From Rotaria socialis (taxonomy: Eukaryota): a DNA stretch of 64,000 nucleotides. Below, in pieces: positions 1 to 11,354 of this stretch. The notes beneath the pieces are model-generated. The model worked only from the letters and a program-made list of their open reading frames with translations, did no database searches and had not been told where the DNA came from. The stretch spans positions 1 through 64,000 of the forward strand of contig CAJNYD010000369.1 in assembly GCA_905331295.1 (NCBI GenBank), written 5' to 3'. A program made the translations under genes and the position numbers. How positions within the stretch are numbered: the first letter of the stretch is position 1; the number at the start of each line of letters is the position of its first letter.

Positions 1-2107
1 AATTTCATTTTAATTCGAGAAGAACAAACATATATAGTTTCACTTCCATTCTAAACTGATCTCATAGCAGACATCAATAAATGATAATTTTTTCTGTCGT
101 GTCCCAGAATCCATTAAAGCATTATCAAATAGCATTCCCGTGGAAGCGATAGAAGTAGCTCCAATCTCTTTTGTCATATTATTCCAAATATAGGACTACT
201 AAAAAGTATTTCGACGTCTGAATAACAGAGAGTGTAAATTTTGTGGAACTTTTGTTAAGGAGTGGAGAAGGGTTGATAAATTTCTTTTCTTGGGCGTCTG
301 TCTAAATACGTCCTGACGTCTATATACAATCTGACTGATTTGTGGTATTTTACACATTTTCATGACTTTCTCAGGATCTCGAAATACATTGAAAAATATT
401 GGAAACCATTAGAAATTTTTTGAAACACAAGAATTCAGACATACAGATCTTTTTTTGTTCCCTTTCAATTCTCACCTGCGTACACGTGATGCTGGCGTAC
501 ATTAACGAGCTATGGAAAATCACAATGTATATGACCTACTGAGTCTTGACTGAAATATTTTTTTCTATATATTCAAGCAATATGTTGCCGAAAGTGAATT
601 ATCACTTAGGAAGTCTCTTAAGAGTATAACGAACTCGAAGCTCTCTAGATGTCTTTGCGGTGACAATGAAGACTTTCAAGAGCTTTCACCAGTATTCGAA
701 AGTTTTTTCAGAATTGCGTAAAATTTTTGTATCATCTTTTAAGACTTTTTATGACTTCTTTATATATCCTGATATTTTTACCTTTCACTAACAGAAAGTA
801 TCAAAAAACAGCTAGGCTAATAATATTTCATTACACGGACTCTTCAGAAATAGATGTCATTGGTCCTATAAATAGAGCAGCACACACTAGCATAGCTATA
901 GTTCATTCTAATCGTACCACTTTTAGCAGTAATATGGATCGAACATTGACTAAAATCACAATAAAAGTTCAATCAGCAGTAGTTATGTGCCCAGTCCATC
1001 ATCATTATGGTATAAATCATTGGCAATACAGCTGCAAATACTTTGCCCGCTTACCAGATGAGTTACATGTGAGAATTTTGAACATCTTTCAAATCAATTT
1101 CAAAGAAAGATCTTACGAGATATTTCAAGAAAGATTGAAAAAAGTTCAAATCGTTCGAATTGACGTAAGACTATATTTATTCCACACTCACATTCAGAAT
1201 AGACTCAGTCACAGGGAAACAAATATGGCAAAAGACTCCATAATGAAAGTGCCCTATGTGTGTCTCGCTCAGAGCTTATAAAAGCATTCTATAACAGATA
1301 AGCAAGATAAACGAAAATCAACTTTCTTCCGCATCATTTTAAACTGCCATCTAACTATTCAGCATTCGTTAAGCGCGGACTGCTACACTCATATATACAG
1401 CTCCCTTATTAGGACATTGGACTCTTCTTTGAAAAAATTAAAATAGTTTTATTAGACGTACTGCTCGAGACAAACATCTTTCCCAATTCATAACTAAAAG
1501 TAAAGTGAAAAATCTTAACCCACTTCACAATTAAGAATATAGACCACAATGTAGTTTCAACGTACGCGTTTATCTACGTACTTTCAAAAATAAAAAAGAA
1601 TCATATATTCATTGCTACGCACTAATATATCCTCTTACCTGATTCAAAATCGAAAAATAAACACGGTGACACATCAACACCGAAAGACAGAAGCACTTTC
1701 CCGTCCTTCTAAGAAACATCAATGATGGGTCTTCGATCGAATAATCGTTGTATATTTCAACTAATTACACGCTCACGTAGCAGTATACCATATGAGCACA
1801 CTGAAGAAAGAACCATTTTAAAACGCCACTTCTCAATTCACTAGTAAAATACTAGCCAGAAAACAAAGTTCTTAAAAGTAAGCATATTTTGTGTTTTTTC
1901 TCCTCTTATACCTTTTATTTGTGGCAATTCAAAATCTATATCGGTAGTTTTCAGCTGAAAGATCTTCGACAATGCGCACTAAATTATAAAGTATTGTTTC
2001 TACTTGTTGCAAGTTATAATGTTGGCGATTCGATTATGAAAACGACATAAAATTAGAATTTGTCGCAAAAAAAACGACCCGGTTCCATTTGCCCGCTATT
2101 CATTCAC

Positions 2108-2500
2108 GTTTTGTTTTATAGAAGCATCTCTATATAACCAATTTCACTTAAGATAGAAAACTTATATATTTTCATACAGATTTTTGTTGAAGACTATTCC
2201 CAATCTCGATCCAAAGCCCGTTTCGTTCTTTCTGGGTATTTATCCCTTAATCAATATATTTGAGCATAATTAATTAGGATTGAGTTTGAAAGATCTTTTG
2301 GAGAAACTAACCCAGTTCACATTTATTCGATTTTAGTGTGCCCCTATTGCGTTTTCGTTCACTAAAATCAATCCGACAAGGATCCCCTAATTTCCGTGTG
2401 CTCACTACTCAATCACCGATTTGTTTTGGAGAAAGTTCTCTATATACGTAAGTAACTTCACTTTAGATAGAAAACTTATATATTTTCATACAGAATCTCA
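2108..2500 (+). repeat. Short dispersed direct repeat (two copies, about 2108-2185 and 2420-2497)
   Basis: Both copies contain ttcactt.agatagaaaacttatatattttcatacaga preceded by tctctatata. Confidence 0.7.
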
Positions 2501-3234
2501 TCAGAATTATTCCAGCTGATTTCTTCACCAGCTACCACTCGATACATGACCGTCAGCATTGTTTCTGGCTAATTAAACAATAATTAGGGTATTTCAAAGT
2601 CTCACTCATTAAGATTTAAAAAGTTCTCTTAAGGTAAGTACTTAGCAAAATCTTGTCAAACATAAATTTTTCAAGCTGAAATGTTGTAAATCCGTTAAAG
2701 ACAATGTGGTACAAATAAATTCAACTTATTCTTTGCGGCGACTATCAAGTCTGCATTGTATTTTATACTAAAAGCTACATATATTCCACATGATTCTAGA
2801 CTCGAATCTTAGAAGTTTTTCATCCTATTTTGCATTTTCCATCATCTATTACGCAGCAAAATTAGTCTCTATTCATCAATCTCAGTATTCTGTACCTCTC
2901 AAATGCACTTTAACCAGGTATTGGAAAGCATAATTACTGACACTTCAACGGTAGAGTCTTTAGAAGCTCTTTCTCGCATAATATCTCTTATCTCAGATAT
3001 TTAACGATCTCATTCATACCGTGCCAAATAGAAATGTCTGCAAAAAAATTCTACGTCAATATCTTCGCTTTGAAGCATTTCAAAGCATTATTTATTGCAC
3101 TTTGCCTGCAACCATCGTTCCAGATCCTTCTTCATGAATCCCAATTATGTTCAGCATTTTCAACACTCATTCCTCGCAATTCACCGAGAAAATACTTTAA
3201 ATGTTGTTTTATATGAGAAAACAAATCAAGGACT

Positions 3235-3505
3235 CTTCGAAATACCTCAAATAAGCTGTTTGAGGAAAAGGATCCTTTTTAATAACAATGATTGAATGGT
3301 GCTTTCCCATACCTCAAATGAAAGGTAATGAATTAAAAATACCTTTAAGAGTCTTTCCCGGGTGATTTCAAACCACAATTCTTCCGAATACCTCAATTAA
3401 GCTGCAGTATGAAAAGGATCCTTTTAATAACAATGATTGAATGGTGCTTTCCCATACCTCAAATGAAAGGTAATGAATTAAAAAGACCTTTAGGCGTCTT
3501 TTCCC
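3235..3505 (+). repeat. Tandem duplication, about 146-bp period, two copies
   Basis: aatacctcaa...gaaaaggatcctttt..aataacaatgattgaatggtgctttcccatacctcaaatgaaaggtaatgaattaaaa occurs near 3241 and again near 3387. Confidence 0.85.
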
Positions 3506-3742
3506 TGCTAATTTCGAGGAAGAATCCTGAAGTTATCCGAAAGTTGTAGTGGGGAGCTGGGGATCTCTACGGGTGTGGTATGGTTTAGAGAATGATTGTC
3601 AAGCAGTGCGTGAGTTTATTGGCATGGAGGAAGCCGGCTGGTCATTTAGTTAGTTGGTGGTGCGACTATGATTGGTGAGTAGGTGCATCTGTGTGAGGAA
3701 ATATTCGCGAGATCTCAATAAGATTGGAACTTCCGGAGTTTT

Positions 3743-4024
3743 CCCAGATGGAAACGATCGGATTTAGTTATTTCCGTATAGTTTTCCGATAGTATTCCGT
3801 GTGATTACGGGCCGGTTCCGACAATTTTTCCGAATGGTTATGGTGGCGGGAATAGTGCGGAACAGTTCAGTTACAATACGGTGATTTCCAAACGGAATAC
3901 TGCTTCCAACTTCCGGATAGTTTTCCGGTCCGTTTCCGGTTGGAATGTCGTTGGAAATCACTGGAAGTAGCGGGAAATAACACCGTTTCCCGTCGGTTCC
4001 GGAGTCCGGAATCATCGACCTGGG
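3743..4024. mobile_element. MITE with CCCAG...CTGGG termini and internal ccgga/ttccg repeats
   Basis: Starts cccagatggaaacgatcgg, ends ccggaatcatcgacctggg; same terminal style as the element at 14906-15253. Confidence 0.55.
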
Positions 4025-5176
4025 AATTGCTCTTTTTCATGGCAAAAATTTTAAAGTTCTCAATGGGAATGCATTTTACCAATTTAAACTAGAAATAAAC
4101 TGGCCCATTTATATTGGTTCTGGCTTACTGGCACCAACATTTTTGACTATTTATACTAGAAAAGTCATTAGAAAAGTACGGAGAACAGCCGTGTCTGGTA
4201 TACTCACCAAGAAAATAGATGATTAAAATATTAAACTAATAAATTATAAACTCAATTAGTGGCACGTTAACTCTATCGATGATCCTCAATGCTATCTAAT
4301 TATGGGAAGAAATAACTTGATACTTCATATTAGTGTTTGAACACTTTAAGCTGAAGTAAGACTCAATTCCAGAATTCTTAGAGAAATATAATGAAATTAT
4401 ATGCTTGTCTACTAAAAAATAGAAGTCTAATCATTTTCTGGATAAAGTTAAAGTGCAACGAAAAAACTGTGTGCAGAAGTATATTTAAATGTTTTTATTA
4501 TCGATCAGTCTCAACATTCGCTCTAATAATGGAGTTAATATAAATGAATAAATCAGCTTGGTTTTTTTTCATGTGAAAACAAGATCTTGACCTTCTATAG
4601 TTCCAGCCATTTTTGGGATAGCTAAATACTAAATAGTTACATTTAGACTGTGTACTCTAATGAGAATGCATCAACAGCTGAGCTTTCATTGATTAGTTAC
4701 CAAAGAAAAAAACAATAATTGATGAGTGTGAGTGTGGTGTGGATTTGGGTTGGTGTGTGGAGAGATAGCTCAGCCCCACCCCACCCACATCTATACCATT
4801 GAAAAGGTGTTCATTGGATGGATTCCATCGATTTCTATCTACCTTATATTGCTTTCAGCTTTTGATCTCCTCTCTGGGCGAACTGGGACGAGTTTTACGA
4901 AAACAATCTGCTTATTTTTGTTTATTTCTTTGCAGTATTTTGGATTTTTTTGCAATTTGGAAGGCTTTTGAAAAAAATTCAATAATTCATTCGATAGAGC
5001 GCATCAAGTTTTATATTGGTTCCCTCTCTGAGCGAATCGCGACCCAAGATATCCTACGTTACACACTCACAATACATGAAAACGTGTTAAACTTTCGCTT
5101 GGCTGCACACAATAGATACACACAAGCTTTTTTTAATGAGGGTTTGCGTCTTTCGCTCTTTCAACATGCATAGCTT

Positions 5177-7984
5177 ATGAAGCAGAAAGTAGTTAAAATG
5201 CAACACGCCAAATGCATACAAATTATTGCTCTAATAGTAAGAGTACTCAACAGAAAGTGTTTTTTTTATCGAAAACGATTCGTGACAGTGCTCGTCATAG
5301 TGATCATGTTATACCATTTTCCAAGTTCTTCAATTTTTAATTCATTTTCCGAATATAACCGAAACATTAACAAAAGTACGCTTGACACAGTTCTCAATTC
5401 ACTTTATGATCCTTGGATTGAAGAGCAGAAAAAAATCAATGTTACGTATTACTACTTAGCGAACGATAGTAACTATCATTATGAATTTCGATATGAATTC
5501 AACGCCAATCAAACGACTGATGATCATCGCCTTATGATATTCACTACGGGTCGTGGTCGCACGTGTACTGACTATTGGAGATTTCCTGTCGGCCGTCGTA
5601 TTCTCTATGCTATGCGCGATGCTGGTTTCTCCTTACTAGCAATATGCTCAAAACGAAGATTATATGAGACTGAAAAATTCATTTTAGATAATCAAGATGT
5701 AAAATGGATATATAAGTCACTACAACGGTGGATAAACAGAGTTTATTATCAACGGTTTCAACGGTATCCTGTTTTATACATCCATGGTACTAGTCGTGGA
5801 GCAGCTTTTGCTCCTTTAATTGCTCGAATCCTGCCAATACGGGCCCTAATCTTAACAGTTTATCCAGGTCATAAAAGCTCTTTGACTGCTCGTTCTTCCT
5901 ACTCTCATAACATGCAAAATAGGCTTATTCTTGATACCACTTTTGCGAACTGGTTTTATTTTGACTATTGTTACAATTCGCCATTATCTTTGACAAAGAA
6001 TCTGAATCTTTGCCCATTTGAAAATAAATTGTGGCATTTTTATCCGACTCCTCCTACATTCTTTGTTGCTTTAGATTCAGATCCATCAATACCTATGAAA
6101 CGATATACAGAACTTATCAAACTAATGCGTAATAACTCATTACAACTGGGAGGACAACTTCTCAATCAGGAAGAATCAATCATGCTAAGCATATTATCTC
6201 CAGTAAATTTGACTCCTAGTTACATGCAGCAAAACTTTGATCTGTGGTATAATAAGCCTTATGCTTCTCGTATTTTCTTTGAACACTACAATAATTTAGC
6301 TGCGCGTGTCACGAACAATACAAAACATGGAACATGCCGCTGTTCGAAAACGAATTTTACATACTGGGAAGGTTTTACTAACATTACTACAACATGGTCA
6401 TTACAGAAGCAAGCAGAACACAAGGATTACGTTCAAGATATAAAAAACTTTCGTAGTATGTTTTGTGAGGATCTGTGTGGTGACATCATGGTATATCATG
6501 GAATAGTTTCGCGAAATATTGGAAAAGCACTCGATTGGATCACTAAAATAGACCTTCTTCGACATTCACTACTCATTCAAGATTATATCTCGAGACCGTT
6601 GCGAGTTTGGATGTATCGAAAGCAGTCGCTAAACAATGGAATAGAAAATTTTTCTTCTCAGAAAGTCGACTGGACTGTTGTAGGTAAACAATATCAGATG
6701 TACACTGTAGAGTACTTAGTTCAAGATTACTTCGCACGGCTCAATGCCTCAAACAATGTCTCTCGCCATAATATCATCTGGGTCGAAAATCCTATGCTTG
6801 CCGACTTCTTCATTGTTCCTCATGACTTGATGTATTTTTATCTCCGTAACAAACAAGAGATACTCAACCAAACAAACAACGACGTCCTATGGCAGACATT
6901 AAATGAAGGTTATTTCCAAAAAATGCTATCAAATATGTGTAAAAGGTTTCCCTATTGGACTATGGCCAAAACTACGGACCAGATCGGTTCGAACCATATC
7001 TTTACTTTCGTTGGAAGAAAAAATATGGGATTTTTGTATGCAAAACATCAAAAGGTATTACGAAATGTGATACAGCTAGTATTCACAGATGTTAGACAAA
7101 ATTTAGTGCCACCGAAATCAAATCTTCCGTATTCACATCGAGATAAAGCAATGAGTTATCGACATGGTTATGATATAGTCATCCCTCAATTCACAGATCT
7201 CAAATTGAATGAAAGTTTATTTTCAATTCGGAACAGTAGTTCCTACGATAAGAAAATTTTATTTTTCTTTGCTGCAAATCTCAGTCACACGATTGCGCTT
7301 CATTCTGCCAGTCCTCGATTAACTTCGTTATGGAGTAACTTTTCCATAGTAAGGAAATCCACTACGACAACTACAATTGAAGGAATTTCGTATGAAACAC
7401 TGCTGATAGCTGATGATAACGCAACATCAGATGAATACATCAAATCGATGCTACGCAGTGTTTTCTCTATTTGCCCTGAAACTTTCCGTCCATGGTCATA
7501 TCGAATTTATGAAGCAATTCAATTAGGGGTAATACCTGTCATTCTAGCAGATAATGTTGTACTTCCATTTGAAAGATTCATCAGCTGGCAATCATTTAGT
7601 GTAAAAATCAATGTTAGTAACCTACATGAAATAATCAATCGTGTCAGTAATATTACTTCATTTAAGAGATATATCGCACAAAAACTGAGATATGCATCAT
7701 CATATTCCCATATATTTCGATGGCCTTATGCCATTGACAATCGTGTACGATATAAAAAAGAAACACTTGTAACAAACGAATATTTTAATGGAAATGCCCC
7801 AACTGTGTTCCGCTATATATCTTTAGAAATGCGATGCCGCCGTTTGGAACAGCTGTATGGATTTACATCAGATACTTCTTCACCAGTATCAATAGCAGCT
7901 CAACAAAAGGCTTGCAACAATCATCCGACAATTTGTCCCTGTCATAGTAAATGGCCTCCTCTTGCTTTCCAAGAATACATATGA
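5177..7984 (+). CDS. Intronless type II membrane protein: alpha/beta-hydrolase-like domain fused to GT47 (exostosin-family) glycosyltransferase, copy A (935 aa)
   Basis: N-terminal hydrophobic anchor (FVTVLVIVIMLY); nucleophile elbow HGTSRG (5783-5800); GT47 motifs PLRVWMY, ADFFIVP, FPYW..GSNHIF, SVFSICP..PWSYRIYEAIQLGVIPVILADNVVLPF. The start could be a later Met. Confidence 0.88.
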   Translation: MKQKVVKMQHAKCIQIIALIVRVLNRKCFFYRKRFVTVLVIVIMLYHFPSSSIFNSFSEYNRNINKSTLDTVLNSLYDPWIEEQKKINVTYYYLANDSNYHYEFRYEFNANQTTDDHRLMIFTTGRGRTCTDYWRFPVGRRILYAMRDAGFSLLAICSKRRLYETEKFILDNQDVKWIYKSLQRWINRVYYQRFQRYPVLYIHGTSRGAAFAPLIARILPIRALILTVYPGHKSSLTARSSYSHNMQNRLILDTTFANWFYFDYCYNSPLSLTKNLNLCPFENKLWHFYPTPPTFFVALDSDPSIPMKRYTELIKLMRNNSLQLGGQLLNQEESIMLSILSPVNLTPSYMQQNFDLWYNKPYASRIFFEHYNNLAARVTNNTKHGTCRCSKTNFTYWEGFTNITTTWSLQKQAEHKDYVQDIKNFRSMFCEDLCGDIMVYHGIVSRNIGKALDWITKIDLLRHSLLIQDYISRPLRVWMYRKQSLNNGIENFSSQKVDWTVVGKQYQMYTVEYLVQDYFARLNASNNVSRHNIIWVENPMLADFFIVPHDLMYFYLRNKQEILNQTNNDVLWQTLNEGYFQKMLSNMCKRFPYWTMAKTTDQIGSNHIFTFVGRKNMGFLYAKHQKVLRNVIQLVFTDVRQNLVPPKSNLPYSHRDKAMSYRHGYDIVIPQFTDLKLNESLFSIRNSSSYDKKILFFFAANLSHTIALHSASPRLTSLWSNFSIVRKSTTTTTIEGISYETLLIADDNATSDEYIKSMLRSVFSICPETFRPWSYRIYEAIQLGVIPVILADNVVLPFERFISWQSFSVKINVSNLHEIINRVSNITSFKRYIAQKLRYASSYSHIFRWPYAIDNRVRYKKETLVTNEYFNGNAPTVFRYISLEMRCRRLEQLYGFTSDTSSPVSIAAQQKACNNHPTICPCHSKWPPLAFQEYI

Positions 7985-8013
7985 CAAATGAATAATGCGA
8001 ACTTAGAGCATAT

Positions 8014-8860
8014 CAAAAGGGTGGATCATTTTATACCATGAAACTTAATTAATGACACTTATTAAGTGACTTCAATTACTATTAATACTAATGGTTAACG
8101 TTTTCACTAAACATCAATATTAAGGCCCCCCCCTCTCAGAATCGACTGGCCACTTTGGAGTATAGGTTTGGGCTGAAACTTTCATGAATAAATGGGCCTA
8201 GTGAGAAACGCTTGTGGTAAAAGTTTCAGCCTTGTATACCTTTCTAAACTAGACTTATGACTTGTTTTATAGCTTCCACGAGAATTGCTATAACTTCATG
8301 ACTATGAGAGCTATCGATGTCAGGTCGGTTTTAAATTAAAGCTAGTCTCCATACGGAAGTTTTCATCACGCAGAATTTTGAAATTCCCTTCTGTTCATAT
8401 TTTTATAAGTATTTTACTCGGTATGACTGCCAAAGTAGGTATAAAAAACGCACCAAATTGGACTTTTCTCAGTGCAGGAATCCAATACCGAAAATCCGTC
8501 TGATAAAAAGTTAGCTATAATTGAAGCCCTTAAAATAAAAAAAGAATATCAGGGAAAGCTAAAGCCAAACGAAAGTTATAGCAAATTTTCTATTTGAGAC
8601 CCACGTTTTCAGTCCCACATTTAGGCATTTTTAGAAAGGTGTGTGGGAGTAAGGGAGATGAAAGAGTATTTCTTCAATAAGTCTGTCAAAGCTTCACCTT
8701 TTTTCAAAAAAATTCGTTGTATTCTGAAAGAGGAGATCACGGGGAATCTTTCTATGATAAAACTCGATTTCGATTTTTTTTAGGGGGAGGGCCCTTAATA
8801 CATCAAATTTTTAAAGCAAAAACTTACACTTTACATTAGTGTTTAATTAATGTAAATGAT
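8014..8860 (+). mobile_element. Degraded hAT-like MITE (AGGGTGGA end, ttaa/attaat-rich interior), interrupted by the Kolobok-like element
   Basis: 8017-8110 matches the reverse complement of 22950-23044 (agggtgga.catttt...aacttaattaatgaca...ctaatggttaa.gtttt). The right boundary is uncertain. Confidence 0.45.
8124..8794. mobile_element. Non-autonomous DNA transposon, Kolobok-like (TTAA TSD, GG...CC termini)
   Basis: ttaa|ggcccccccctctcagaatcga ... tcgatttttttttagggggagggccc|ttaa; TTAA at 8120-8123 and 8795-8798. Confidence 0.65.
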
Positions 8861-11354
8861 TCACCACTAACATATCGCAATTGTCAATAGAGCTACGTGC
8901 TGTTTTGTTCTCAAATTTTACACAAGTATTTCGATGGAAAAATAACGTAGGTGAAATTGACACTCGATTCGTCCTTGTACTTGTTCCAGCGCTCTCATTC
9001 TGGTTTCAAGTATCGTTCGATGCGACCTACTGAAAGATGTAATTATATTTTCAATCGGTAACAGCATTTATCTAGAATTTCTAAAATACTTGTAAACCGT
9101 CACTCAGCAGAGAAGACACAAAACATAATTCCACCTTCAATTCGCCCAAGAACATGTTCCAAATAGAAGTCGACATGCTCTGTCACATGGTAGAATCAGA
9201 CTTTTTCAGGATGCTAGGATGATTCAAATAATTCTAGGCAGCATATAGATTCCTAGACTTTTCAAAAAATTTCTACATGATTGTAGCATAAATCTTAAAT
9301 TTAATTGCACCATTCGACAGAACATGTCAAATTCTACTTAAAACATGTACCTGGATGGATCTAAGGTTGAGTTATGTTTTGTGTCTCATCGGTCCAATGA
9401 TGGTTTTTTAGTATTTTTGGAAATGGTAGCGGCGTATAAAACACTCTATCGACCCATTCTGATTTTTTCAACTCAATCTAGTCAAATTACATATAAAAAG
9501 AAAGCTGCCGTCGATACAAGCATTTGATGCTAAATCCGTCACGAAAAAATGAATTTCAAAAGAGTTATGGACACAAACAAAAGTTGACTATTTAACTGTT
9601 TGTCTTTGAAACAGCCTCCCCTTTTCAATACAATTGTATCACAATAGAACTGTTTTCATAGCTACCATTCGGTCGACATTTTTAAGACCTACAAAATAAT
9701 AATTATAATACACGAAAAACATTGATCACTTGATGATCATTGGGCAGTAATTTTCAACAACTATCTTTTTTTATTTTTCTTCATATTACGACGAAAAGTT
9801 TGGTGGAAATTGGCATGGACGATTTTTCTCATCTATATCATTCGATAAACATTTTAACACGCTGTAAAATAGGACGACTATAAAAGTCAAAAAACATTGA
9901 CAACTTAAAAGTTGCTTTGGCACATACTTTTGTGACTGCCGATTTCAAATCTAAGACTTTTTTCAAGTCGAATACCGATTATTCTGTTTGAAAATGTCGA
10001 GTACCACTCAAATATCCGATTACAACAGTAACATTGGAGCGAAAATGTTGCACAAGGCATCGAATTTTAAGTTGAAAATAGTTTCATTAGAAAGAGCACA
10101 TTGAATTCCGTATCCGATGAAAAAATCTTACTGACACACCTCGAAAAGCTACACTTCATAAGACTGAGAAAAGCATTGCTTGTAACTATATGACGCAATC
10201 GAGGCGGTATTTGGCATTTACTGATAGAAAAATATTTGTGTATTTGATATGTTCTTATATATTCTGATAGCGAAGAACATTTTGCATCGAACAAGCCTAC
10301 TTTCAAACAAATTAAATCGCATATTCATGAACCGTTGGGTCAACAACTGTTTTTTACGGCTCCCAGAGAATGCTTCAGATCCTTATTATTATTCGATGAA
10401 TTTTAGAAACGAAGATAAAGTCTGTATTAGGCAAACTTAGCTTTAGTGAAATATAACTACTTGTACTAAAACCAGAGCAAAAACATTCTTTCGATCCCTG
10501 AGGGGCACCGAGATGTTAAAAAGTGAGTTGCCATAGAATACACAATAAAATTCTGAAAATAATCAGAAGTCAATGATGATTCTCAAGCTAATAAAATTAG
10601 GTGCATATTTTCTATTACGCCAGGTTCCTAATTTTGCCCACCTCTTTTTAGTTGTGCATTTAGTGTATTCATCAAGACTGAGAAAAAGACAAAGGGTTTA
10701 ACGAACAGTTTTGTCGTCCTGCCGTATACTACTCCTGTATTTTTCTGTTGTTTTTCGACAACTGCTAACACCTTCAGCACTTTGTAGTGAAATTCGTTGA
10801 TGAGATCCAGCACTTCCACCTTGACTTTAGCACTATTTTGTTCGACAGTTCTTCTATTAGACAATTTATCTGCATTTGTAATAAAAGCAAAGTTATGTAT
10901 TTGTGGTAAAGAATCAGGTATTCATGTACTATTAAGATACGATGTATGCTGCAGAATACAATATTCATTTTCAAAAGAAAATCAGAGATTTATAGAACCA
11001 AAAATAAAAGATTTAAGGTACGGCTGGAATCCTGTGAATCTAGTGTTACTTAGCGAAATCGACGGTTAACAGGCGATCTACCCAGGATTCCTATTCAAAA
11101 GACGGTTAATCCCGATATTGCACGAATGGTCTTTGGAATCGATAAAATCAACTCGATTTTCAGGACATACGTCGCCCGCCTCTCTTCAAAATTTACAACT
11201 CCGAATGTAGTACAAGTGTTTGACTGTTAATACGTTGACTTATCAAAATCTTGGCATTTTCTAACTCGTAGTCAAGAAAAAATGCTGATGGAAACGTTTT
11301 ATTGAAAATTTTAAGTAATATACCCTTTTCTATCCGATTACTGCCTTTATTCTT

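Noticed and set aside
727..1281. 184-aa ORF
   Set aside because: Non-ATG start, no recognisable motif or splice structure; cannot be supported as a gene.
4725..4790. GT-rich tgtgg/gggtt motifs suggesting telomeric repeats (also 15871-15885)
   Set aside because: Too short and irregular, and paired with nearby inverted complements, so more likely parts of small inverted-repeat elements.
4799..5173. 124-aa ORF in frame just upstream of GT47 copy A (possible readthrough or uORF)
   Set aside because: Non-ATG start, no counterpart in copy B and no motifs; copy A already has its own N-terminal anchor.
9360..10440. Possible DNA transposon between the GT47 paralogs (ctaaggttg ... caaacttag)
   Set aside because: The terminal match is too short and no TSD or transposase motif could be confirmed.
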